Positions 11,962-23,200 of a stretch of 64,000 nucleotides of DNA are shown piece by piece. The translations under genes and the position numbers were made by a program. How positions within the stretch are numbered: position 1 is the stretch's first letter; each line of letters starts with the position of its first letter. The notes beneath the pieces are model-generated. The model searched no databases, had not been told where the DNA came from, and saw only the letters and a program-made list of their open reading frames with translations. Source of the DNA: Eledone cirrhosa (Eukaryota); the NCBI GenBank assembly GCA_964016885.1, contig OZ024742.1, positions 145,390,001 through 145,454,000 of the forward strand, read 5' to 3'.

Positions 11962-12384
11962 TACCTATCTTCCGGCCTCTCTAGAGAATCGTAAAAGCAC
12001 ATATCGTTATATGCTTTTTCTATGAAAATTAGTAGTGGGCTGACTAATTTGCATAGAGTGTGAGTAAGTACCGGTTCAACGGAGACGATAAAAACAAATA
12101 ACGAAACGAAATTAAATTTCGTTTCATTTGTAACTCACTTTTGTATGACTGACGCTTAAACAATTAAGTTAAAGATGTACATCCATATATGTATACTGAA
12201 ATACTAGTATGTATATGAATACACACACGTATACATATGTAGATGTACCAAGTTTTTTCACTGGTCACTTTACTGTGAGTGGCCAGCTATTCTGTATGTA
12301 AACACACAGACAAACCGGTTTTTAGAGTCATACTGGTTTTTTGAGGAAACACCTTTCCTCTATTCTCCAGAAAGCCAGACAAGG

Positions 12385-12429
12385 AATATTGAACTAGTTT
12401 CGTTGTTGTTACAACTCATCAGCAATATT
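12385..12429 (-). ncRNA. Type I hammerhead ribozyme, array unit 2
   Basis: Identical to the unit 1 motif. Confidence 0.88.
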
Positions 12430-12851
12430 TACCTATCTTCCGGCCTCTCTAGAGAATCGTAAAAGCACATATCGTTATATGCTTTTTCTATGAAAATTAG
12501 TAGTGGGCTGACTAATTTGCATAGAGTGTGAGTAAGTACCGGTTCAACGGAGACGATAAAAACAAATAACGAAACGAAATTAAATTTCGTTTCATTTGTA
12601 ACTCACTTTTGTATGACTGACGCTTAAACAATTAAGTTAAAGATGTACATCCATATATGTATACTGAAATACTAGTATGTATATGAATACACACACGTAT
12701 ACATATGTAGATGTACCAAGTTTTTTCACTGGTCACTTTACTGTGAGTGGCCAGCTATTCTGTATGTAAACACACAGACAAACCGGTTTTTAGAGTCATA
12801 CTGGTTTTTGAGGAAACACCTTTCCTCTATTCTCCAGAAAGCCAGACAAGG

Positions 12852-12896
12852 AATATTGAACTAGTTTCGTTGTTGTTACAACTCATCAGCAATATT
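12852..12896 (-). ncRNA. Type I hammerhead ribozyme, array unit 3
   Basis: Identical to the unit 1 motif. Confidence 0.88.
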
Positions 12897-13318
12897 TACC
12901 TATCTTCCGGCCTCTCTAGAGAATCGTAAAAGCACATATCGTTATATGCTTTTTCTATGAAAATTAGTAGTGGGCTGACTAATTTGCATAGAGTGTGAGT
13001 AAGTACCGGTTCAACGGAGACGATAAAAACAAATAACGAAACGAAATTAAATTTCGTTTCATTTGTAACTCACTTTTGTATGACTGACGCTTAAACAATT
13101 AAGTTAAAGATGTACATCCATATATGTATACTGAAATACTAGTATGTATATGAATACACACACGTATACATATGTAGATGTACCAAGTTTTTTCACTGGT
13201 CACTTTACTGTGAGTGGCCAGCTATTCTGTATGTAAACACACAGACAAACCGGTTTTTAGAGTCATACTGGTTTTTGAGGAAACACCTTTCCTCTATTCT
13301 CCAGAAAGCCAGACAAGG

Positions 13319-13363
13319 AATATTGAACTAGTTTCGTTGTTGTTACAACTCATCAGCAATATT
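13319..13363 (-). ncRNA. Type I hammerhead ribozyme, array unit 4
   Basis: Identical to the unit 1 motif. Confidence 0.88.
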
Positions 13364-13785
13364 TACCTATCTTCCGGCCTCTCTAGAGAATCGTAAAAGC
13401 ACATATCGTTATATGCTTTTTCTATGAAAATTAGTAGTGGGCTGACTAATTTGCATAGAGTGTGAGTAAGTACCGGTTCAACGGAGACGATAAAAACAAA
13501 TAACGAAACGAAATTAAATTTCGTTTCATTTGTAACTCACTTTTGTATGACTGACGCTTAAACAATTAAGTTAAAGATGTACATCCATATATGTATACTG
13601 AAATACTAGTATGTATATGAATACACACACGTATACATATGTAGATGTACCAAGTTTTTTCACTGGTCACTTTACTGTGAGTGGCCAGTTATTCTGTATG
13701 TAAACACACAGACAAACCGGTTTTTAGAGTCATACTGGTTTTTGAGGAAACACCTTTCCTCTATTCTCCAGAAAGCCAGACAAGG

Positions 13786-13830
13786 AATATTGAACTAGTT
13801 TCGTTGTTGTTACAACTCATCAGCAATATT
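13786..13830 (-). ncRNA. Type I hammerhead ribozyme, array unit 5
   Basis: Identical to the unit 1 motif. Confidence 0.88.
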
Positions 13831-14252
13831 TACCTATCTTCCGGCCTCTCTAGAGAATCGTAAAAGCACATATCGTTATATGCTTTTTCTATGAAAATTA
13901 GTAGTGGGCTGACTAATTTGCATAGAGTGTGAGTAAGTACCGGTTCAACGGAGACGATAAAAACAAATAACGAAACGAAATTAAATTTCGTTTCATTTGT
14001 AACTCACTTTTGTATGACTGACGCTTAAACAATTAAGTTAAAGATGTACATCCATATATGTATACTGAAATACTAGTATGTATATGAATACACACACGTA
14101 TACATATGTAGATGTACCAAGTTTTTTCACTGGTCACTTTACTGTGAGTGGCCAGCTATTCTGTATGTAAACACACAGACAAACCGGTTTTTAGAGTCAT
14201 ACTGGTTTTTGAGGAAACACCTTTCCTCTATTCTCCAGAAAGCCAGACAAGG

Positions 14253-14297
14253 AATATTGAACTAGTTTCGTTGTTGTTACAACTCATCAGCAATATT
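14253..14297 (-). ncRNA. Type I hammerhead ribozyme, array unit 6
   Basis: Identical to the unit 1 motif. Confidence 0.88.
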
Positions 14298-14529
14298 TAC
14301 CTATCTTCCGGCCTCTCTAGAGAATCGTAAAAGCACATATCGTTATATGCTTTTTCTATGAAAATTAGTAGTGGGCTGACTAATTTGCATAGAGTGTGAG
14401 TAAGTACCGGTTCAACGGAGACGATAAAAACAAATAACGAAACGAAATTAAATTTCGTTTCATTTATATATATATATATATATAGGAACAAGTAAGACCC
14501 CGACGGCTGAGCTCAAGCCGTTTCGACGG

Positions 14530-14591
<62 letters not shown>

Positions 14592-16395
14592 TATGTGATT
14601 CAGTGAATTACTGGTGGTGGTGCCAAAACGAGCACTCGATGCACAGAGTGTATATATTAATAAAAACGATACAGTTTCGTTTACATGTATTTAGTTGTTT
14701 TTTTTATCGTGTATCGACATGTTACACGCGTTTCGCAGGGGATTGGCGCTTGTTTAAAATATCTGCTGTCACTGAAAGACTTATAAAGACTTGGTCAATC
14801 ATCATCATCATCGATATAACAGAAAGTACGACGATTTCTAAAACATATTCCAAGGAGACAGTCTGTTTACTCTTCTGTTTACTTTGGTGCTAAATCCACT
14901 CTGCTTTTGTAAATGTTAGCTAGAGTCCACAACAAGAAGAACTCAAACTGTCTTTTTTTACTAATCTAAACTATAAACATATAGAATAGTAAGAAACAGC
15001 TGGATGTAATGCCATTTTCAAGTGATATATGGATGTAATTTAGACTTTTGGGCCATGTTCTGGCCTGAAAATAAATTGTATCCGAAGTCATAAAAACTTT
15101 CTATATGTCAAACAATCTCATTTGTTCTTTTTTTATGTCTATATCTGAAGATTTATATCTATGTAAACAATTAATATTTATAATGTTCTATTGTCAAAGG
15201 GGAGATGAAATATAGGGTTGAACATTGGTGGCGTTTGCATCAACATCGACTGATTTTAATTATAGATTCTGGTGGTTAAAAAGTTTTCTTTGTAATTCTA
15301 TGGTTCTGTATTCGATCCTACTACAGGACGCCTTGACCAAATGTCTTCTACTATAGCCCACCTTCAAATTAAGCCTTGTGAGTGAAATTAATTAGACGGA
15401 ATTATACCAAAACCCATTGGATATTCTGTAGCTGCTCTAGTGTATCATATTTAATCAGTCACCTGGTTTAATTTCTCATTTTAACCTTTGAATGCCTTTA
15501 GGTGAATCTGACGCGAAGTTTTGGGGTTGTTGTTAAACACGACAAATACCAATAAATCTTGTTGAATATATAACTTTACTTCACTTCAGCAAAAAGGAAA
15601 AAAATAGGATTACTTCGAATCGTAAATATAAAGTTTGATTATAGTATTCACAAATGAATATAGTGTTCAAAAAGGGCTTCTGTAGTGTGCTGGAGTCTCT
15701 GTGTTTAATATGCCATGTTCGATTAAAAAGTGACAAGTTGTAGTCAGACAGTATGTGCCAGCATAAGTAATAGTAAACTCACAGTGGAAAGGAAGTTGTG
15801 TTGTCTATATGAGTGTGGTTCAAGTGTCAATGGAAGAATGCTGTCGAGCCCTTGTCGAAAGAGCCGGAATTTTGGGGATCTTTTTGTTTTGTGTTTTTGC
15901 TACGTGCTACATCTAGCTACTTGCTTGAGCAACTCGAAGTGATCCTTCTCTTTCTAGGAACCAGAGTGGGATAACCCAAAGAAAAACTTATCTCATTTAA
16001 CCTCATGTTGGTCAGCCTCTCCATATCACTGATGCCAACCCGAGATAAAGAGAAATAGCACCCAGATGTCACACGGGGGTCAGTAAGTGCGAAGAAATTT
16101 CGCTACAAATGAATATAACATGAGTCATTATTTCTTCTTCCTTTTCCCCCAGCTAGTTACAAAAGCCTAGCTAAAGGTCATAGCCACTTAACTTCCTCCC
16201 AGAACTAAGTTTCACGAATAAGTAAGAGAAGGTGACAATCACTCTACGTAACTTGAAACGAGTAAATAAATGAAAAATTAGATTTCCTGCACATTAACTT
16301 AGCAAATATTGAGTTGGAAATGAATCTTTGAAAAAGTACTCGAAATAATTATAGTATTTCATGTGACTCTAAGAGTAGTTTAGCAAACAGACATG

Positions 16396-16988
16396 TGTAG
16401 CGAAATCTGTCCACGCTTTGAACCGTGGGTGACACCTAGAGGTCAAACTCTAGGTCACCACCCTTTTGGTGTGAACAGGTTCATGCGTGGGCTATCCCCT
16501 CAAGGTGGGAGACAGAGAGCGACAGGTATATAAAGCCTATATTTTCCCACCTTACATACAGGGAGATCGGAGCACTACGATACAGACCAGCTATGTAAGG
16601 ATTCGCCGCTATCTACAGGCCACAGTGGTCTACAGTCAATTACAGACCATTACCTCCACCACCCCACCCCCCACACCCCCCTCTCTCTCCCTCTCTCTCC
16701 TGGTCGCAGACTAAACCAGACTCACGACGAGAACTACTACCACGGACTACATCCACCAACAAACTTTATCTGGTCGCTCGCTGTTTTCACTTCAACAACA
16801 AAATAACATTGTCAACCTTCGCAACTCGTGGTAACTTGATTATTGTTCTTTTTGACTCGTGTTTATTCTTCATTTTGACTCAAGTGAAGTAAACCTTTAT
16901 ATATAAACTAAATCATTTATTCTTGTTAAATCGTCTAATAAAATTGTTAATCCATTTAACGATTTCTTTACTAATACCCTTCGTTAAA
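16396..16988 (+). mobile_element. Solo LTR (593 bp)
   Basis: 4 bp TSD CATG (16392-16395 and 16989-16992); termini TGTAGCGAA...TTCGTTAAA; internal TATA-like ggtatataaagcc and AATAAA near the 3' end. Confidence 0.75.
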
Positions 16989-17149
16989 CATGTATCAGAA
17001 AAAACACTTCACGTATGTATGTATAGATAATGGATTATAATGAATGCGTTTATATATCCCGGTGTAGATAGTGATATAAACTTTGATAACGGAAAAAAGT
17101 AATATACTATATATGTGCGTGCATAATAATAGATAATAAAAGTAAATGA

Positions 17150-17408
17150 TAAAGTAGAAAATCAAAGTTTCCAGTTGTTGTCTTCCTGTTTCTTCTACAA
17201 CAACTACAACGGTACGCGATGGGGCCCACCCACAGCCCCGGCGGACAGAATGGAGAAGGCGTTTCCCCGGTGGACGGCAAGGGAGACGCGCTGGGAAAGC
17301 CACTCCAACTCGCGGGGTCACACCTGCGGCTGGCCAGCTCAGCGTCTATGGTGGTAAGTAAGGATGTAGCCCTGGATCCGAGGACACCAGAAGTCTCCAC
17401 TGCCAGGT
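17150..17408 (-). mobile_element. CRE-like LINE 3' fragment (family A)
   Basis: VETSGVLGSRATSLLTTIDAELASRRCDP; homologous to the 9300-9580 and 24400-24610 segments. Confidence 0.75.
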
Positions 17409-17427
17409 GTATGTGTGAGGGAAAAGC

Positions 17428-17497
<70 letters not shown>

Positions 17498-17607
17498 AAT
17501 GAATATGCTATAGCTTATCTTGAATTACCAATGACAAAAAAAACCTCTTAACAATTACCAGACATAATTTTGCTCCTTTCGGGCAATTAATTATTGGCAA
17601 GTAACTA

Positions 17608-18106
17608 TATACATATATACGTACATACATTCGTACATACATACATACATACATACATACATACATACATACATACATACATACATACATACACACACAC
17701 TGACACGCATACATGCATACACACATACATAGATACATACATACATACATACATACATACATACACACACTGACACGCATACATGCATACACACATACAT
17801 ACATACATACATACATACATACATACATACATACACACACACACTGACACGCATACATGCATACACACATACATACATACATACATACATACATACACAC
17901 ACACTGACACGCATACATGCATACACACATACATACATACATACATACATACATACATACACACACACTGACACGCATACATGCATACACACATACATAG
18001 ATACATACATACATACATACATACATACATACATACATACACACTGACACGCATACATGCATACACACATACATACACACACGCATACATACATACACAC
18101 ATACAT
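17608..18106. repeat. (TACA)n microsatellite with ~60-75 bp higher-order unit (cacactgacacgcatacatgcatacacacatac)
   Basis: Six recurrences of actgacacgcatacatgc separated by variable TACA runs. Confidence 0.9.
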
Positions 18107-18821
18107 GTTATCGAGTGTGGCCATTGCACGATATAATATTCAGTAATACACTGGGTAATTGCTGGCCTTGTGCCTAACGTAGAAACAATTATTAACAACT
18201 ATCAATTAACTATCGTGCAATGTCTGTGCGTGAAGATTTTTTTCAAAGTGAGGTTAGACTGTGCACTGAGCCAATCCCACTCTCTGAGCGACAGTAGCTA
18301 TACCCGAAAAGAAGAAAAGATCAACATCATCGGTAACTACCGAGCCGCAGGTTTTATATCGGAGTTATCCCAGCTTCCTGAGTTGCCTTCTCCTAGAGGA
18401 ATGCCCTGACAAAGGCTAGGGCTCCTTCACTCCCAGTGGTTTAACCGCACGATCGGGTATCCAGTCCGTTTATTTCTATGTCCCCGTACATATACATACA
18501 CAAGCATACATGTATATACATATTTACATAATACATATATATATACATACATATATACTCATGCATATATGTATACACATACATACATACATACATACAT
18601 ATATACACATATATACATACATACATATATACACATGCATACATGTATATACATGCATACATATATACATATACATATATATATATATATGTATATGTAG
18701 GAGGTGAGTTTTATTGTAGTACAATAAAGCAATGCAGATATCGGATAAGAAGCACTCTACAGTTTGTAGGACTGGAGTATACATAATATAAGATCAAAAG
18801 ATGGTTAAAGGAGTTCCATGT

Positions 18822-18890
18822 ATTTTATTATGCGCATTTCAAAAACAAACATCATCATGCAATAATATTTGTGTTTTCATCAGATAAAAC
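18822..18890 (-). ncRNA. Type I hammerhead ribozyme (mirror copy, left arm)
   Basis: Exact reverse complement of 19011-19079. Confidence 0.85.
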
Positions 18891-19010
18891 AGGAGAACAT
18901 GATATGAAGGCTAAAAAACACTTGTGGATAGTGCAGTTTTAAATCAATATATGTTGATTTAAAACTGCACTATCCACAAGTGTTTTTTAGCCTTCATATC
19001 ATGTTCTCCT

Positions 19011-19079
19011 GTTTTATCTGATGAAAACACAAATATTATTGCATGATGATGTTTGTTTTTGAAATGCGCATAATAAAAT
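19011..19079 (+). ncRNA. Type I hammerhead ribozyme (right arm of palindrome)
   Basis: GTTTTAT-CTGATGA-long imperfect stem II (aaacacaaatatt...atgtttgttttt)-GAAA-TGCGCA-TA-ATAAAAT; palindromic stem III ATGCGCAT, AUA triplet, overlapping AATAAA. Confidence 0.85.
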
Positions 19080-19180
19080 ACATGGAACTCCTTTAACCAT
19101 CTTTTGATCTTATATTATATATATGTATATATACATGTATGCATGTGCATATATATACACATGCATACATGTATATATAC

Positions 19181-19240
<60 letters not shown>

Positions 19241-19516
19241 GCATACATGTATATACATATTTACACATTTTTGGATGGCCGGTGACTCTTATGAGTTCTT
19301 CCGCTCTTTGTAAGGTTTTGTTTTTTGTCCTGCAGGGTGTCTAAAATCACCCCCCTCACCAAGTAAACTTGCTGGGGTTGCCGGTTTAGTCGCCGACAAC
19401 CCGACCATGCGACATACACACATACACACACACACACTCATACATACATACATACATACATACATACATACATACATACATACATACATACATACATACA
19501 TACATACATACATACA

Positions 19517-19924
19517 TGGTGGCTGCCAACTCGTTTTCGAGTACGGCCACTACTTTATATCCATGTAGGAGGACCCCTACCGATGCGCTGAACGAGTGTG
19601 GCTTTTTAGTCCAGCCAGCGACTTGAAAACTCTGGTACAAACACTACACTTGTGACAATTATTGACACATAGTGCTGGGCCCATGGTACCATGTGACGAC
19701 AAGTGCAGAAAGATCTCCAGATATAAAGCAGTGCCTGTGCCGTGAAGCTTTTATAGTGAGCAAAGGCACTGCACAAAGCCAGTCCCACTCTCTTAACCAA
19801 GATGATATTTACCAAAAAGAAGGACAAGTCAACATCATTGGATACCATCAGGGTTGCAGGTGTTATATCAGAGTGTTCCTTCTCCTAGAATTCTGCCTTG
19901 ACAAAGGCTAAGGGGTCATCTCTC
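19517..19924 (-). mobile_element. ~600 bp structured element, truncated copy between (CATA)n runs
   Basis: Near-identical to 29838-30245. Confidence 0.85.
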
Positions 19925-20002
19925 ATACATACATACATACATACATACATACATACATACATACATACATACATACATACATACATACATACATACATAC
20001 AT

Positions 20003-20190
20003 GTGGATTGGCAGTATCGGTATAGGGTCGGACACCATGCTTTGACGCATTGAGTTACGGCCCTTGCCATTCTGGGTTCAAATCCCGCCGAGGTTAACTT
20101 TGCCTTTCATCCTTACGGGGGTCGATAAAATAAAGTACCAGTAATACACTGGGGTAATAGCTGGCCTTGTGCCAAAAGTAGAAACAATTA
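20003..20190 (+). mobile_element. tRNA-derived SINE (family 1)
   Basis: ttggcagtatcggt...gggttcaaatcccgccgagg...gtcgataaaataaagtaccag...agtagaaacaatt. Confidence 0.85.
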
Positions 20191-22352
20191 TATAGGACAT
20201 ATTTCGGTCTATTTGATCTCATCAACATAGTATTGATTGTCCTTTCACCAGGCATGTAAATAAACTTGAGAATACTGGGTTTCTTGAAATTATCATTTGA
20301 GAATTGTTAAAAATTTCATCTAGGTTTTGTTTTCTTTCTACTACAATGTTGTGCTTTCGTGACTGTGTCAGTTGTGTTTGGTCACCCTTAGGTAGACAAA
20401 GTGGGAATTTGGGGGTTATATGGGGAAAGTCACAAAAGAAACACTAATTCCAAATTTCTGTTTTAAATATTATGCGAGAGTATACGTTTACGTAACATAC
20501 CATATAAACGCCACATCACTCCATCACATTACACATGATCACATCATAACCATTCTATTAATAAAAGGTTAAAGTCTTTCTTATAGGTGGCGAATTGGCA
20601 GAGTCGTTAGAATGCCGGATAGAATGCTTTGCAATATTCGTTTCGACTCTCTAAGTTCAAATCCCACCCAGGTTAACTTTTTTTCTTCACTCATCCGAGG
20701 TCGATAAAAAAGTACCAGTCAAGTACTGGGTGTCGATCCTTCCTCTATATCTCTTTCTCACTTACATTCTTTCACTCGTTATCTTTCTCTGGAAGAAATC
20801 TGCTGTATTGAGACCTGGGGAGAAGATGGGTTCCACCAGATTTTAAAATATCCTAGAAATACCGTATGTCAATACGGTATCGCTACAACTCTATCATGAG
20901 TTACGGGACCATGCATGCCATGCAAAAAAAAAAGGTCTTTCATCAGCTAAGAGGATCGTCAGGCCAGAACTTGTCATGATTTTATATGGAGTTAAATGGT
21001 TGTGAGGTCAACTCCCTTACATGGGACTCCAATCCGTTAGAAAATTAACATTTAGCTGTTGCTGTTGTCGCCGATACTCATTTTTGTTTTAACTGAGTAG
21101 ACTGGATCAACATGGAACGAATACCGTAAAACATTCTATCCGACGTTCCAACGATTTAACTAATTCACTGCCTATAACCTGGAACTATCAACAATAACAA
21201 TACCACCATACTACACTGTACTTCAACAATTACATACTAACCCGTAATAATTACTTCAGTTTTCATCAAGCAGTTGTCAAAAGTTGGTGGAGCGCTGAAC
21301 TAAATAAAATGCCTTGAGTTCAAATCCCACATGATTTTTATCAACTCTGAAGCAAGTAAATAAAATAAGTACCAGTTATATATTGGAAGACCATTGACTG
21401 GCTATGCTTCTTTCTCTCCTAACAGTAACTGGTATTGTGCTAAAGAAAGATGAGCAAAACACAAAGAACGACAGCAGTGCCACTAGGATCATTACCTCTT
21501 CTACCACTACTAACGCCGCCACTAGCACTATCAAGGCGCATATAAAAGTAGCTACAACTGCAACGAGGTAAAGAGGGAGCCCCTACATGATCACGCAATC
21601 GACTAGAAATAGCTCACAAATCTCTCTCAAATCATATCTTACCATCTTAAATAAATTTTTAAAAGTCTATGCGACTCAACGAGTGAGCTCCAATGCGGTG
21701 ATTCGACCTGCTAGAAACAGTAGCCAAATCATTTCAAAACATACCACATCGTCTTTAAAAAAGGAAGCATACATTGACCGATGTAATCTTAGATATACAA
21801 AAAGACGTAAGCCTGCTAAATGGGGAGTGATTTGGGGAAAAACAACAACGACAACAACAAAGAAGTCTACATTGGACAATATATGGTCTGATGAAACAAA
21901 GAGGTGGTATCTCACGGGTGTAAAACGTTTAATCATCCATCAGCTGCAATAAAACTAACCGGTAGCTAAACACAACAGTAACAACGAGAACGTTCAATGC
22001 ATTAGGAATTAGAAATAAGACTTACCTGGGATATAGTTGGAATAGACTTGGCTGTTAACAATGCTATTATATCACTGGCCATGATGTTTGTGGAAGTTTG
22101 GAGGAACGAGCAGTCAGTGCCAAATAGGCCACGATATCCGAAACGCGTTGCTCCGTTGTGGCACAGTAACAGCACGTCAAAAGAGAAGGTCACAGACGGG
22201 CTTACAGATGTGTGTCAAAGTCCATAATATGCCAATATTGCTGTACGTCATAACATTGTCGTTGTATAAGCTGTTAAAAACAGTCCTGTTACTTATCAAA
22301 GCAGACCTTCGAAGTGGATTTTGAAAATAAGCAGACAATCGAAAATGTGTAA

Positions 22353-22389
<37 letters not shown>

Positions 22390-22411
22390 GCACACGCACA
22401 CATACACACAC

Positions 22412-22472
<61 letters not shown>

Positions 22473-22527
22473 ATCTATATATACATATTTACCCTCTCTT
22501 CTCACATTCTGTGTACGAGTATGCATT

Positions 22528-22572
<45 letters not shown>

Positions 22573-22573
22573 G

Positions 22574-22647
<74 letters not shown>

Positions 22648-22683
22648 GTGTGTGTAAGTGTGTATGCGTGTGTGTGTGTGAAT

Positions 22684-22860
22684 GCGCGTGGCCTAGTGGT
22701 TCGGGTATACGGTTCACGATCGTAAGGTCGTAAGTTCGATTCCCGTCAGCGTGTTGTGTTCTTAAGCAAGACACTTCATTTCACGTTGTTCTAGTTCACT
22801 CAACCAGCGCAGTGTCTTTGGAATACTCAGCCACTTGCATGTTAATAAAATAAACTAGAA
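22684..22860 (+). mobile_element. tRNA-derived SINE (family 2)
   Basis: A box tggcctagtgg, B box gttcgattccc, then gtgttcttaagcaagacactt. Confidence 0.8.
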
Positions 22861-23104
22861 CACTCATCGTCATAACCAACGGAGTGCCAGATATGCATGT
22901 ATGTATGAATAATTTTCCCTTATATAACCCTACCCAATAACAAAATACAATATTCCTAAACCAGCCAAACCATACCATAAAATACAGAATTATCCAGTTA
23001 AATAAAATTAATATTAAAACCATAACAGAAAAATCTTCCATACATAGAAAGCAAATTTTTTGTACACAACGTCACGCAAGTAAAAACGTTTACTGGCCGG
23101 ATGA

Positions 23105-23200
23105 AATGATGTTGCAAAGCTAAGCAGTTCCTCAACAAGAAGAGGGCTGGATGGGCATCATGCGGTCGAATAAGCAAACTCGAATCAAACAGTGGTAAGC
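23105..23200 (-). mobile_element. CRE-like LINE small fragment
   Basis: DAHPALFLLRNCLAL is homologous to DAHPTLFLVWNCFAI at ~23600 (+). Confidence 0.55.

Larger units (their letters stand above)
11621..14465 (-). repeat. Tandem array of 6 x 467 bp plus 42 bp; hammerhead-containing retrozyme-like element
   Basis: Units start at 11621, 12088, 12556, 13023, 13490, 13957 and 14424 (partial). Only three variant sites were seen (one substitution in unit 1, one extra T in unit 2, one substitution in unit 5). (TA)n on both sides. Confidence 0.97.
18783..19118. repeat. Near-perfect spacer-less palindrome (~168 bp arms) in TA-rich microsatellite; inverted PLE pLTR
   Basis: Symmetry axis between 18950 and 18951 (aaatcaatat|atgttgattt); the arms are essentially identical. 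Confidence 0.95.
18107..19413 (-). mobile_element. ~600 bp structured non-autonomous element, copy split by an internal microsatellite and a palindrome insertion
   Basis: 18107-18487 and 19262-19413 are reverse-complement matches to the two halves of 25388-26001. Confidence 0.8.

Noticed and set aside
11812-11994. Repeated 60 aa ORF (MASYSVCKH...) in the array
   Set aside because: GTG start, antisense to the hammerhead, frameshifted in unit 2 and no recognisable motif.
11621-14465. CRISPR array or rDNA/snRNA tandem gene cluster
   Set aside because: No unique spacers and no cas genes; no similarity I recognise to 5S, U snRNA or tRNA; both strands contain T runs that would terminate Pol III.
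14721-14775. Minus-strand gcag...ctgc-GAAACGCGT hammerhead-like relic
   Set aside because: CUGANGA box and stem I are not recoverable; too degenerate to call.
21587-22330. IWSDETK motif suggesting a Tc1/mariner remnant
   Set aside because: Single short motif; no TIRs or further catalytic motifs could be confirmed.
22684-22760. tRNA gene
   Set aside because: A and B boxes are present, but there is no complete acceptor stem and it continues into a SINE body seen again at 49680-49872.
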